In this document: positions 1 through 12,231 of the stretch, piece by piece
How positions within the stretch are numbered: the first letter of the stretch is position 1
How the letters are laid out: every line of letters starts with the position of its first letter
Origin: Balanoglossus misakiensis
Lineage: Eukaryota > Animalia > Hemichordata
Length of the DNA: 64,000 bases
Assembly (NCBI GenBank): GCA_040954595.2
Contig: CM082581.2
Span: 1,480,699 to 1,544,698 of the forward strand
Direction: 5' to 3'
Program-made: the position numbers and the translations under genes
Notes under the pieces: model-generated
Databases searched by the model: none
What the model was told of the DNA's origin: nothing
The model's input: only the letters and a program-made list of their open reading frames with translations

Positions 1-254
1 TAGAGCATTGTAATCACACAATTTTATTTGACTAATGAATTTATATTTACTAGACTGAGCTATGTGTAAAATTTCGTGAAAATGACAATAGTAGAAGTTT
101 GTTTTCTAGCAATTATCAATGTAATCCTATGAGACACCTGAGATTAAAAGGTCATTCCAAAAATTTATCCGGAATTCTGAAATAAGTTCGGAATGTGTTA
201 AATGTGAAAATAGTGACTTGAAGTTATGTTGCAAGTGACTTGTTTATGTCTCAC

Positions 255-383
255 CTTTGCATGCTGTTCCATTCACATCTGGTTCAAATCCCACCAAACA
301 TGCACACTGATAGTCACCATCTCTATTTTCACAGACTTGATTGATTCCACACCGTGCCACCAATGTACTACATTCATTGATAT
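255..383 (-). CDS. Exon: calcium-binding EGF domain
   Basis: DINECSTLVARCGINQVCENRDGDYQCACLVGFEPDVNGTACK; tttcag acceptor and gtgag donor; 129 nt, phase 1-1. Confidence 0.85.
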
Positions 384-474
384 CTGAAATGTTATTCATC
401 AAGATATGATCAAAATCCCACAGGTCCGCTGGTAAATTCAGACCAACAAGTTTAGCTGGGAACCACCAGACCAA

Positions 475-667
475 CAGGAAATTTTCACAAACAAATTTTC
501 GCGAACTATGCAAGAGCCAAAAAAAAAAGACATTTTTGCGTAAAAAACTATTTTCAGTGATAACAATGTAGTGAAATACGAGAACATGAAAATTAATCGT
601 CTCATAACAGTTTCTGCTTTTGATATCGCAAAAAAATTCTTTGTCGCGAAAATTTCCTGTTTTACAG
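475..667. mobile_element. TA-flanked MITE family A, partial copy
   Basis: Ends ..cgcgaaaatttcctgttttacag|TA; similar to copies at 3272, 3711, 3952 and 9449. Confidence 0.6.
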
Positions 668-860
668 TAATCAATGAAAAATAAAATTACGAAAATCATG
701 AAATTTCTGACAGCCATAGATTTGCATGGTATGAACTGTATGTCCTATCAGCATGTAGTTTAGGTGACATTTATGATAAATAGTCAAATTACTGGAGTGA
801 TCGATTACGGTACCTCATAAGCAGACAACCACATGAAGACCAATCTTGATGTGAACTTAC

Positions 861-1043
861 CAATGCATGATGGTATTGCACTATTCCACTGTAAATCGGA
901 TTGACAAGTCAGGTAATCAGCACCATTTAATTCATAGCCAGCATTACAATAGAATGTGATGTTACTGCCCATATAATATGGTCCACTATCAGGGACAGCT
1001 TGTAGATGTGGGTCTGTTATGAGTATATCACTGCAGTTCAATC
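861..1043 (-). CDS. Exon: CCP/sushi domain
   Basis: C..ITFYCNAGYELNGADYLTCQSDLQWNSAIPSC; cag/gtaag boundaries; 183 nt. Confidence 0.85.
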
Positions 1044-1355
1044 CTGCAAGTAAAAAAAAATAAAACACTATGTGGATGCAGACTTGAAGTGTGGTATATA
1101 TATTGGGTATCTGTATTCTGTCACAACTTTAACATTTTCACCCCAAGTTCCCACTATAAAAGTCCAGATACCATTGACTCCTTTTTTTCAATTATCGACT
1201 AAATTCATGACTCTGTATTTCAAAAACAAGCGTGGTGACCCCTATATTTTATCACAAATTTTCATTATACATACATAGGATAATCCAAAAATTAACAATT
1301 AAAAGAAATGACCATATTTTCAATTTTACTGAATGTACATCCTTAAATGACTTAC

Positions 1356-1538
1356 GTTGACAGTATCCTGGATCTCCAATCCATGATCCATCTTCACCAC
1401 ATGTAGAGACAGTGTAGCCAGTCAGACTGTAGCCAGATGGACATGAGTAGGCAACGGTTGTTCCAAAAATCAATGAATCACCATTAACAATTTCATATGA
1501 TAAGTAGTTGTCTACATTCGGTGGTGGACACTCGCGAG
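1356..1538 (-). CDS. Exon: CCP/sushi domain
   Basis: ECPPP..FGTTVAYSCPSGYSLTGYTVSTCGEDGSWIGDPGYC; cag/gtaag; 183 nt. Confidence 0.85.
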
Positions 1539-1836
1539 CTGTTTGGATAAGATGAACAGATAACATTACAAGTGTGTTAATACTAGGAAAATGGTTTAAA
1601 GGGACATGCAGTAACCCTCACAATCCTGCATATTTTCAAGTTACCAGTGTCTGGTTTAACATTCAGTGTGTAATGTCCCAATTAGACACCCATGTGGAAT
1701 GTAGCAACCAGCACAAAGTGCCCCATCATAACGCTATGGAGAGAATTTCAACTTGAGTCAGTGATTTTTATGAAAACATGACAGTGAACACCCTGTGTTA
1801 TACTTTGTTTTCAAAACGACTCATCACACACTTTAA

Positions 1837-2136
1837 AGCCTCTAGAGCTGCCAAATTTCACAATTTTTTTCTTTTCCACAGTAAAACCTTTCAAATCTAT
1901 GGTGATGCATACCACGATAGCTAGCTGCATACTGTTTGTATGGAGGCTGATTTTAATAAAATGGGTACGGCACCTGTTTAATACATTGCACGTTTAAATT
2001 GCAACATACAGCCACAATCAGGCATTGATGACATGTTCTTGTATCCCTATCAGTAAGCTTAATTATTTCAATGTACCAATCTACGTCGGAAAATAAAATC
2101 TGAAAATAAATGCAAAAAGTGGCAGCTCTAGTGGCT
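1837..2136. mobile_element. TTAA-flanked MITE (Kolobok-type)
   Basis: TTAA|AGCCTCTAGAGCTGCCA...TGGCAGCTCTAGTGGCT|TTAA. Confidence 0.75.
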
Positions 2137-2239
2137 TTAAAGCACTGAAAGGTTCAGAGGACTAACATTTTTCTGAAAATCCGTCTCCTAAGTGTGCACT
2201 ACAATGGCAGTTTAATTGTTTTCAAAAATATCAACTTAC

Positions 2240-2419
2240 GCTCGCATTGGGGCACAAGTGGACCCCAGACACCATCTGCTTGGCATTCCAATGAAGACAC
2301 ATTATTTATAAACTGATAGCCCTCAATGCATTGATAATAAGCAATGCCACCATACACTGTACTGGTAACATTGGTAAGAATTCCATTGCTGCACTCAGGG
2401 GGTCCACCACATGTTATTC
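2240..2419 (-). CDS. Exon: CCP/sushi domain (not in ORF track)
   Basis: Manual translation ITCGGPPECSNG..YGGIAYYQCIEGYQ..LECQADGVWGPLVPQCE; tag/gtaag; 180 nt. Confidence 0.85.
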
Positions 2420-2650
2420 CTAAAAAATAAACAACAAATTAGTGTCATTCAAGTTGTTGCTAACAATAGATTCAAGAGACAAATTAAGTCTCTCTCATCA
2501 CTGCACTTTTTTCATTAATTATCTTGGATACAAGACACCAGGCTAGGCATATTTGCATAGCTGGTACGACTTATACACGGCGAAAATGAAAGAGTGACCT
2601 CAAAGCTACAAAATTATGTAGATATCAGCTAGACCGGACATCCCCTTTAA

Positions 2651-2751
2651 CTACTGGATAACCGTCCGAGCATTGGAATGAGACAGAGACATCATACCTT
2701 CTATCTCTGTACTGGTCACCACGCCCTCACTAATCACAATTTCGGGACAGT
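2651..2751 (-). pseudogene. Broken CCP exon (frameshifted and 3'-truncated)
   Basis: DCPEIVISEGVVTST in one frame, then RDRRYDVSVSFQCSDGY in another; the second half of the sushi domain is absent and TTAAAGGGG follows. Confidence 0.6.
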
Positions 2752-2826
2752 CTGTCAGAACAAGGATCACAATGATAAGAATGCATGCAGACAAATACTT
2801 AAACTCATAAATGTCAGTTGTTTTAA

Positions 2827-3050
2827 AGTGAAGGGGTCGTCGCAATGCGTTTGTTTATAAACATTACAATTCATCCACAAATCCCTCAAATAAGATAATT
2901 CTTAGAATGAACGAAGCAGCTGACAGTATCCTAGACTGTCCATGACAGCAACTGAAGATCCTAGTAGGTCGTGGCTGTCTAATTTCAGGGATTTGTGGAT
3001 GAATTGCAATGTTTATAAACAAACAAACGCAGTGCGACGACCCCATCACT
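2827..3050. mobile_element. Foldback MITE
   Basis: Almost fully palindromic: AGTGAAGGGGTCGTCGCA...TGCGACGACCCCATCACT; flanks TTAA/TTAT. Confidence 0.7.
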
Positions 3051-3271
3051 TTATTGAGTGTGATACAAGAGTGTTGCCATTCCTGTCAATGGTCCAAAAT
3101 TGCATTGCAATTGTAAGAAATTACTGTCTCTGTTTTTCCAGCTCTTTGAAGTTTCGTAAAAATTCAAAAACATTTGCACCTTTCAATTAATGACTCTAAA
3201 TCACAAGGAATAAAGGGAGAGTGTGTTTCTAAGAATTCTGTAACAACTTTTTCTGAAATGTTAGTAAGTTA

Positions 3272-3478
3272 CTGTAAAACACTTTATTTTCGCGAGCAAG
3301 AGATTTTCGCGAAATACGCGAGAGCCAAAATAGCGTGAAAATAAAAAGTTGCGTAATTTTTTTGAAGATAAAGATGCAATGAATGAAATAAGAGAACGCG
3401 AAAATTAACACTGGCGAAACAGTGGCCTCTCTCGATGTCGCGAAAAATTTCAACTCGTGAAAATAAAGTGTTTTACAG
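3272..3478. mobile_element. TA-flanked MITE family A (Tc1/mariner-pogo type)
   Basis: TA|CTGTAAAACACTTTATTTTC...GAAAATAAAGTGTTTTACAG|TA. Confidence 0.8.
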
Positions 3479-3487
3479 TATGTGTAC

Positions 3488-3671
3488 CTGGTGAAAATGA
3501 AGCCCTGAATCCTTTAGCTGGTCGTGTTCTACTACTCCTGAACACAACCGAAAAGTGTCCAATGTCTGTACGGCAATCGGGTGGTGGCACAGTGCCATCA
3601 ATGACTCCATCAGAATTGCCACTCCATGGACCAATAATGACATCATCATCACTCTCAGTACCATTGTATAC
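3488..3671 (-). CDS. Exon: C-terminal half of CUB domain 3
   Basis: VYNGT..IIGPWSG..HFSVVFRSSRTRPAKGFRASFS; ag/gt boundaries. Confidence 0.8.
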
Positions 3672-3710
3672 CTTCAGAAACAAAGACAAATTAAGCATGC
3701 ATTGTAAATA

Positions 3711-4157
3711 CCGTAAAACGGGAAATCTTCACAACAGGAAATTTTCGCGATATCAAAGGTGGCTACTGTTACGCGACAATTAATTTTCACATTGGCATAT
3801 TTTACTGCATTGTTATCTCTGAAGCATTTTAAGCGACTTTTTATTTTCATATTTTTTGGCTCTCACATAGTTTACGAAAATTTATCGTTCACGAAAATTT
3901 TATAGTATTCAATCCTTGTTGCATTTCCTGCTGTAACAGCTACTCAACATACTGTAAAATGGGAAATGTTCGCAAACAATAAATTTTCGCGATCTACGTG
4001 AGAGCCATCAAAACATGAAAATAAAAAGTTGCGTAAAAATGTTTTTCGGGGATAATGATGCAGTGAAATACAAGAACGTGAAAAGTTATTGTTGCATAAC
4101 ACTTGCCTCTTTTGATAACGCGAAAATTTCATGTTGCAAAAGTATCCCGTTTTACAG
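3711..4157. mobile_element. Two adjacent family A MITE copies (3711-3905, 3952-4157)
   Basis: C(C/T)GTAAAA..GGAAAT termini, TA flanks, shared TTTTCGCG internal motifs. Confidence 0.65.
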
Positions 4158-4324
4158 TATATATGTGATTAATTAAATTTCCAAATTGTGTTCCAAAGTT
4201 GTATAGTTTGAAGTAATGTCTGCCAAAATTGTCAAACTAAAATCACTGCAAAATAATATGACAAATTTTTTAATATGACAAATATTTTTAACATGGCTGA
4301 CTCATGATCATATCTGATACTCAC

Positions 4325-4509
4325 AATGATGTAATCAACATCTGTGTTCCTCTCTAATCCAAAGTTCTCATCAAAGATAAGAGTTAATGGTCTTCCAGTT
4401 GGTTCCTTGATTAACCAGCTACACATAACATCATCAGGGTAAGTGCTACCATCATACCCTGGTGACTGAATCGTGCCAAAACTACGCAGAATTTCAATTC
4501 CCTGGCAAC
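4325..4509 (-). CDS. Exon: N-terminal half of CUB domain 3
   Basis: GCQG..FGTIQSPGYDGSTYPDDVMCSWLIKEPTGRPLTLIFDENFGLE..DYII; aag/gtgag. Confidence 0.85.
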
Positions 4510-4518
4510 CTTTAAAGA

Positions 4519-5265
4519 AACAAGTGACCTATCGGTCAAAAGAGCTCTGCTGACTTTAACAGTGAAACCTATAGCTGGGCAATGATATGAATACCCTAGG
4601 TTTTAATCATAACAATTGTATTCTATTAAACAAAACCAAACATAGACATCACAAGTATTTAATATCCACATTCAGCCTGATTCATTGTGCTAAAGAAAGA
4701 AAGAATTCATTCCTAAAGAACAACATCAAAAGGAAGTACCAAGGTACTAATTTGCATATTCATGACCCGATCAAAATTCCAATAAAACAAAATCAGGTAG
4801 GGGCACCATAACACACATTCTACCAAATTTCAGCTCCATCGTACATGTAGTTAGGGAGAAGAAGATTTTTTACCAAAAATTATATTTTTAGATCTAATTT
4901 GCATATTCATGACCCGATCATATCCAAATTTATGAAATCAGGTAGGGGCACCATAACACACATTCCTGCCAAATTTCAGCTCCATCGTACATGTAGTTAG
5001 GGAGAAGAAAATGTTTGACCAACATTCTATTTTAGATCTAATTTGCATATTTATGACCCCATCAAAACCAAATTTACAAAATCAGGTAGGGGCACCATAA
5101 CACACATTCCTACCAAATTATAGCTAAATATGCAATGTCGTTTTAACGAAGAAGATTGAAATACCGAAAGTTGACGGACGACGGACAACGGACGCCGGAC
5201 GACAGACGGACACTTATCAACCTACTGCTACAGCTTGGCTGACACAAGTGACAGCCAAGCTAAAA
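4519..5265 (-). mobile_element. HINE/Helentron-like non-autonomous element with internal ~146-bp tandem repeats
   Basis: Terminal hairpin AGCTTGGCTG..CAGCCAAGCT next to an A run, GGAC/GAC microsatellite 5174-5212, three ~146-bp units (4748, 4895, 5039), AACAAG + TGACC..GGTCA hairpin at the other end. Confidence 0.65.
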
Positions 5266-5643
5266 ATACCAAACAAGGAATAATGAATTCAATCCACAGG
5301 TTTGGTGTAATCCTGGCTGCCTTTTATTTTGTGCTAGGGGATCAAATCACATAATAATTGCCTTCTGGATAAAAAGTCGTACACGACAGAAGAAATGACT
5401 GTTAACTGTATATGACTTCCTTAGGTCAAACCTTTATGTCGTTATACATGTAGTTATCAAATTAAACTCATTTAACTTTTTTCACATTTTGTTATTTTTT
5501 CTGTTAAAAAGTTCCATAATGACCCAGTATCAGATTAGCTTATATTATAAACTTCCAGAAAGAATGGCAAAAGAAGATAGATCTGTGATCCTTACAATTC
5601 TTACTGGGTTGAAATTCTTTGGGAATGATTTTAAGTGATTTAA

Positions 5644-5992
5644 AGGGACAAAGTTTCTCTCACTCGCTGCCCTTTTTCCATTAACTATGTTTGATACAAG
5701 ACACTGTTTATGTTATTCTACATGTGGATATATAGTGAATCAACATTCAACCACGCACAACTTCCATCCCGTTTGTAGGATATGAGAGTAAAAATATTGC
5801 CAAAATGAATAAACGGTAGAGACCAATTATTCATTTTGGCGAGTTTTTTCACTCTTGTGTCTACAAGTGGGATGGAAGTTGTTTGTGGTCAAACGTTGTT
5901 TCAATATATATCCACATGTAGAATAACATAAACGCTGTATTGTATCATCATAATTCCTGGAAAAAGGGTAGCGAGAGAGAGTGTTTGTCCCT
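5644..5992. mobile_element. TTAA-flanked foldback MITE family B (Kolobok-type)
   Basis: TTAA|AGGGACAAA...TTTGTCCCT|TTAA; whole element is an imperfect inverted repeat. Confidence 0.8.
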
Positions 5993-6077
5993 TTAAAACA
6001 TTGTTCTCTTGCATCATGAATCCTTGATTGCCTCTTCATTCAAACAACGTCTTGATCAATTTGAATGCGTTACCTAC

Positions 6078-6279
6078 CTGCCCAGTAATGTACATGAAAA
6101 CCTCTCATTGTAACTGCATCATCACTCTTAATGTCAACTCTCATCAAACTTTTGGAAGATATGATGAAATTGGGTAACTCCATCCCAGAAAATAAAGCAA
6201 GTCTGAGGGCAGGATTCAGTTCAGCGCCATCGTATACAGACACTTGATCAGCCCCATCTTCTGTTGCAAAGGAGATAAA
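6078..6279 (-). CDS. Exon: C-terminal half of CUB domain 2 (acceptor uncertain)
   Basis: FISFATEDGADQVSVYDG..LALFSG..IISSKSLMRVDIKSDDAVTMRGFHVHYWA; expected acceptor reads CCG, not CAG. Confidence 0.7.
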
Positions 6280-6394
6280 CGGAAAAGATATAAAAAATAG
6301 CATCAAAGACACTTTGCTCCCATTTGATATGTACATTTAAATGTGACATACCGTACAATCATAGTGATCACAATTTCCTACACAAAACCATTAA

Positions 6395-6670
6395 GGGGCA
6401 AAGTCTCTCTCTCTCTCGCTGCCCCTTTTCCATTAATTATCGTTTGATTATCGTTTATGTTATTCTAGATGTGGATATATAGTGAATCAACATTCCATCC
6501 TGCTTCATTTTGGGCGAGATTTTTACTCTCATATCCTAAAAATGGGATGGAAGGTGTGTGTGGTCGAATGTTGATTCACTATATATCCTCATGTAGAATA
6601 ACATAAACGGTGTCTTGTATCAAACATAATTAATGGGAAAAGGGCAGCGAGAGAGAGAGACTTCGTCCCT
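6395..6670. mobile_element. MITE family B copy
   Basis: Same TIR and internal sequence as 5644-5992, with an internal deletion. Confidence 0.7.
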
Positions 6671-7039
6671 ATAAGGACACCTTTAGCATTGATGAGGTAA
6701 TATAAGAATACATCTGATAAAGAATATTTTCACATCCCAATAAACCAAAATCCAAAGCAACTGGAAGAGCCGTTTCTGACATAAGTGGACTTTTGGACCA
6801 AAAATGTCTAAAACTACCCACCCCCCTCCTCCCCAGTATTGATATTTGTCACATGTTTATGTACACCATAATAACAAGTATTGTAGGTCCTTGTAAACCA
6901 AATTTTAAGAAATCGGAAAAGTGACTACTGAGAATTGACCAGAAATGACAAAAATAAAATGTATTTTTAAAAATATAATTACTAATTTTTGTCATGCTGT
7001 AAAACAACTCACACGATTAATTGCATCTGAATCCACTAC

Positions 7040-7191
7040 CTGTAAAGTGACAACAAATTCTGTTGTGAATGATGCCAGCTGTCAGTTACAATCTTCATTG
7101 TTGAGATAATTCTTGCCTTCAAAATATTCTGTACTGCTGAGATTCTGTTTATATGACTGTGCTATGAAATTCCCACCACTCAAAGAATACA
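7040..7191 (-). pseudogene. Exon: N-terminal half of CUB domain 2 with premature stop
   Basis: YSLSGGNFIA..KNYLNNEDCN*QLAS..VVTLQ; TGA lies where CUB domains have C-x-W. Confidence 0.7.
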
Positions 7192-7484
7192 CTGAAAGAA
7201 AGAAGAAGTCATCTTAACAGAAACACTTCACAAACAGGACATCAGCAAGATCACAGTCGAGGTAGGGCAAATATTGCCTACATGTGCAATCTATAATGTT
7301 ATACCAGGTTCACGTAGGGTAAAATTCGAAACGTTTCAGAGACACTATTTGCCTAAGGTAAACACAGAGCATTAATGCTTTTAGTTGCCTTGTGTCCACA
7401 CATGCAAAGTTTATGTGTAGTTCGCGAAAATTTATCGTTTGCGAAAATTTCCAGTTTTACATTATGTATAAAACTTGGTATTAC

Positions 7485-7686
7485 CTGCTTGCCAAGATGC
7501 TTCAAAGCCAGTAGCAGTATGCGAACTATCTGAGAGAAATTTCACCAACATTGCATTACCACTGCTAATAACTTCATCAGGCTGGTCCGGTCCACTGTAT
7601 GTGGCAAGAACTTTGGATGGGTCAAACACAGACACCTCGACAATGACAACAGTATCATGATAAAGTTCAGTGTCAAAATGTAGAAA
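7485..7686 (-). CDS. Exon: C-terminal half of CUB domain 1
   Basis: FLHFDTELYHDTVVI..LATYSG..VISSGNAMLVKFLSDSSHTATGFEASWQA; cag/gtaa. Confidence 0.85.
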
Positions 7687-8049
7687 CTGAAAAGAATAAA
7701 AAATGTCACAACACACATCATAAATAGTGAGCTGTCTCAAGCCAATATACATGAAAATAAACACAGTTTCATGACTTAAGCCCCATTAGCTGTAACTTTT
7801 TGCATTTTTCAGTATTTCTATTCTGTGTATCAATTATAGTTTCTTGTTCAGCTACGCAGGGCAGAGTTAAATCCATAGTCTTAACTTCTCAACGAAACCT
7901 ATGAGGGCACAATCGGCATTGTTGTTGTTTGAAAACATTCGTAAATAATAACAACAGTCAGTACACATACACATGACTCGTTGACAAGCAGAGAGCTGGG
8001 TGTGATGGGTTACTCATGAGGAGAGGAACAAGAAAAAGTGTTTAATTTA

Positions 8050-8707
8050 AATAATAACACATGATAGCGAGGGCAATATCACGATTTGAAGCCTGCATGA
8101 GGGATGGTGATCTCTGACCATAATATTGATGATGCCCGAGCCGCAGGCGAGGGTATCATCAATATTTTGGTCAGAGATCACCAGCCCGAGGGCAGGCTTC
8201 AAATCGTGATGTTGCCCGAGCATAATGTGTTATTAATTTTATTACGCCGAACATTTGAACGTACATACACTGCAGCATGTAGCATGTAGACTCGCGTCCA
8301 TATGTCGTACGTTGCTGAGAATGTAAAATGTCTCGATCTCCCAAGAATTATACGATACCTACTTCGAACTTAGATTATTTTGAAAATACTGCGCTGTTGG
8401 TTGCGATTTTGGTGTATTTACTGCCCGTTTGCAGTAAAATATCATCCAGTAGAACAGGTGTTAAGCCTGTGTGTCGCTTTGAAGCCATATAGATGCGGGA
8501 GTTGACTGATCGTGAAGGAAGCCATTGAACGACAGTTTGGAACGCGCAGAAGTCGTGCCCAGAACACCAAAACAACCAAGTGGGCAATATCAGCGCACGC
8601 GACAGGGCTTTATCAACTCTAGCCATGTTATATCACTTTTTTTTCTATATCACGTGAGCGCGTCTCAGCCAATCACGAAAACGGTATAATACGTGAGGTG
8701 TAATAAA
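8050..8707. mobile_element. Non-autonomous element with ~185-bp terminal hairpin (Crypton-like)
   Basis: Palindrome 8050-8235 centred on CCCGAGCCGCAGGCGAGGG; inverted pair TTTATTACGCC (8238) / GGTGTAATAAA (8697). Confidence 0.5.
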
Positions 8708-9004
8708 CACAAAACAAAATTACTGATAAACTAGCCTGAAGTTATAGATAATGGCCCTTTAATTCAAAAGTTTACCAAAAATCATGTTTGTTATAAGGAA
8801 GAAAAAAATCAAATTATTTTTTTTTTAGTTGAAATGAATTTAAATCTAATACATGTGTCTGTTTTTTTTTTAAAGTGTTTGTATGTCGAATGGACGGGAA
8901 AAGGTGTTTTGTATAGGCAGGTTTCCAGATTAGACAGAGTTAGTGGTTTATGCAAGTTTTACTGTAAAAAATAACTGGTTTTGGAATTTGACAGTTTACA
9001 AGTG

Positions 9005-9135
9005 AGCACTTATTCTGGATGTTGCAGGTCCCTGGATTGTCCAAATACATTCTTGTAGAATGTAATAATTATCATCTGGGTATCCAGTGCTGTGAAAGGT
9101 CCCCGATTCACCAGTTTCCAAACCACCACATGTTC
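9005..9135 (-). CDS. Exon: N-terminal half of CUB domain 1 (donor uncertain)
   Basis: Manual translation GTCGGLETGESGTFHSTGYPDDNYYILQECIWTIQGPATSRI. Confidence 0.75.
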
Positions 9136-9448
9136 CTGAATATCATTAAAATAAAAAGAAAGAGTATATTTGTGTGATGAATGGTCATAAAGATTCAGCT
9201 CATCAAGTTGACGAAATTTCATTGATGATAAAATTACTTCACCAACAGTGAGTATCCAATGTACATGTATAAAACAATGTTTGTATTAGTATAAATCAAA
9301 TGTAAAAATTTTGAAACGACATTTATCACACCCGAAAATTCCAAGAACCGCATATTATGATTCTCTAAGCTCAAACTATCAGTGTGACAGATGCCAGATT
9401 CTTAAAATACTTGGCCCAGTTTTGTTTCTGATTTATATTTATGACATA

Positions 9449-9639
9449 CTGTAAAACAGGAAATTTTTCATGATATCAAAAGTGGCAACTGTTATGCGAT
9501 GATTGATTTTCGCATTCTCATATTTCACGGCATTGCTATCTTCGAAAAACATTTTGACACAACTTGTTTATTTTCGCGTTTTTTTGGCTCTCGCATAGTT
9601 CGCAAAAATGTATCGCTCGCGAAAAGTTCCTGTTTACAG
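9449..9639. mobile_element. MITE family A copy
   Basis: TA|CTGTAAAACAGGAA...TTCCTGTTTACAG|TA. Confidence 0.75.
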
Positions 9640-9717
9640 TACAAAATTCTTTGAAGATCAGACTTTCTGCTGACAGTTCAAAAGTAGTCTTTAGTTGCAA
9701 AGGAGATGATCATACAA

Positions 9718-11186
9718 TTAAACCACGATCGTGACGTCACACTATTCAATAGACAAGTCATTCACTGAGAGAACCTCCGTCTCACACAAAACCACAGGTT
9801 TAAAACCAAGTCCCGGGTAGTTCTAGAACTACCTCCGGGGGTTCTAGAACTACCGCAGGACTCAGTCTCACCTGTCGTAACAAAAATACAAATACACAAT
9901 GCTTTATTTGCATAATTACATTTACTTCTATACCTGTATTCAAAGTACATTTCATTTGAATAGAGTAATTGTTATGTTAATTGAAAGCGAACTGGATATG
10001 CGACAGTCTCCGGATCATTTCATTCAATGCTTCACATTCACAGTTTTGTCTACTGACGTACAAAGCTAATGTCTTGGTGGCTCTCGAGAGTCTTCATAAC
10101 ATGATAATAAAAGTATAAAATAGACAAAAATCAATTCACCAGAAACAAACTAACGTTGCAATAAATTAACTACAAATTTCTAGAAAATTATACTAAATCA
10201 CATTATCCCCAGATTTGCTTGCATTACTCTAACCAGATGCTTCACTTCGATTTTGCTTCACTACCGACATGTAACAAGGTTGGCTGTTTTAGGCCTAAAA
10301 CCCGCGTACCTTGCAAAATTCTGCTTACTTTTTGTTGCTGTTCACCAGACGTGGGTTTGTAATGTCGGACGGATTCACTTCGGTATCAAGTCTTTTCGCA
10401 GATGAGTTACTCACCAATATCGCTACCATACAGACGTGTTGCCGCTGTGGCTCGTAGAGAGTGGTTCGTTCAAAAGCCAGGGAGGCCAATACACAGACGG
10501 GCAGTAGTACCATGTAGAGCATTGTTACCCGGTTTTTGCTTTACCAACATGTAGCCGCTTGTTTTCGCAGATGATATAGATCGGAACTACATGTATCTTC
10601 AGATCGATTTCATGGACATTTGAAGGAAAATAAAAAAAAAACGTGACACTTACATGTAGGCCTTCTGCATTTGGCCTAGAAAATTTTCGCGTAAGCTTAC
10701 CATGTGCACGCAAAACCCCAATAGCTGTAACGCTTCCCATAATACACTACGTAACACACCTGTAAAGTTTAATTTGATGCAAATTAGTGTTTGAAATTAG
10801 CATATCACTCTGACACGTAAGCATGAACATTTAGAGTAACACCTGTCAAGCGTGGGCGATCTTGTAAGGCCCAGCAGGGCGGTCTAGAACTACCTGCCCA
10901 CGACATGATTCATTTATAGGAAAAGGGGTGGCCAACCAAATTTCACAGTCAGCAATGAAGAATAAGCCTCTTTTGATAAGCTTTTGTTCGTTCATTTTAT
11001 TGAATCGTTGAGTAAAACGACGTCTTTGTGGTACACGAAGCTCCAATGGTGACAATGTCTGTGGGGGGTCGTGGTTTAAGTTAGAGAACCACCTCCCCCT
11101 CAGTGGTTCTTGGTTTCCAATCGCCTCGGGCCTGCGGCCCTCGGCAATTCGAAACCAAGAACCACCTCGGGGTCGGTGGTTCTCTA
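9718..11186. mobile_element. Non-autonomous element with ~105-bp terminal hairpin (Crypton-like)
   Basis: TTAAACCACGA (9718) / TCGTGGTTTAA (11069) inverted pair; palindrome 11082-11186 centred on CCTCGGGCCTGCGGCCCTCGG. Confidence 0.45.
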
Positions 11187-11394
11187 TTACATAAATAGTC
11201 TAAAAGAAATTGTTAAGTAAACATAACCATACAATTAATGAGTGGAATTATCTAGCGACAACTGGCCTCAATTTTGAATTTCAAATATAACACCATTCTG
11301 CACCCAAGGAGACATCACATGATCTGATCCCCCTTGTTTAACTTTTAGTGGTGAGCTCTTCCAAGTATATCTTGTATTGCTTAGGGGACTCTAA

Positions 11395-11690
11395 CTCTCT
11401 CTCCTTCCCTCCCTTCCACCCCCTCCCCCTCCCTCTCTAGCTCTCTCCCTCCCCTCTCCCGCCCCTCTCCCTCCCCTCTCCCGCCCCTCTCCCTCCCTCC
11501 CACCCCTCTCTAGCTCTCTCTCCCTCCCTACCCCCCTCTACCCCTCCCTCTCCCTCTAGTTCTCTCTCCCCCTCTCCCTCACTACCACCCTCCCCCCCTC
11601 CCTCCCTGTCACTCTCCAGCTCTCTCTCCCTCCCCTCTCACTCTCCCCTCCCAGCCTCTCCCTCCCGCTCTTTTGCACACACTCTCTCTT
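11395..11690. repeat. Polypyrimidine (CT-rich) low-complexity tract
   Basis: Runs of CCCT/CTCT. Confidence 0.9.
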
Positions 11691-11784
11691 AGTATATATA
11701 TTGGGAGGTGACTACAGCAGTGCGAGAAAAGTAAAGACCTGATGCGAGTAAGGGAAGATTCTAGCTGATTTGAATCAGACTTAC

Positions 11785-12000
11785 CTTCAGCACAAGCTGC
11801 TACTTCACACATTGACAGACTGACATCATCACATCTTGCATGATACAATGGGTAATTATTTTCAAAGAGGTTTAACCTCACACATTGCCCAGTGGAGGCA
11901 TCAGGTTCTGTGTCTGCCCATCGACCATCAAAGACACTACCTTTCCTGCCATCTGAATAATCATATTCCACACTGCCATCTCGATTGGGTCCACTAAATC
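11785..12000 (-). CDS. Exon: C-type lectin domain, C-terminal part
   Basis: YSDG..RWADTEPDASTGQCVRL..YHARCDDVSLSMCE; tag/gtaag; 216 nt. Confidence 0.85.
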
Positions 12001-12036
12001 CTATAAAATGGAAATAAAGAAAGAAGATGCATACAG

Positions 12037-12231
12037 CAGTGTTTCATCCAGGATGGGGGGGGGGGGATATGTCCCCCTTTGCTTGAATAGTTGCACTCTT
12101 GCAAGGAGGGGAATGAGTGACATCGCTGAGTCTGTAAGGGGCACCATTTCCCCCTTGACAAATTTCTAGGGGGGTGCCAACATGCTGACAGTGGGCGAAT
12201 TCCCTCATCCCTCCATCTGGATGAAAAACTG
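12037..12231. mobile_element. Small MITE (hAT/P-like termini)
   Basis: CAGTGTTTCATCCAG...CTGGATGAAAAACTG flanked by the direct repeat CATACAG. Confidence 0.7.
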
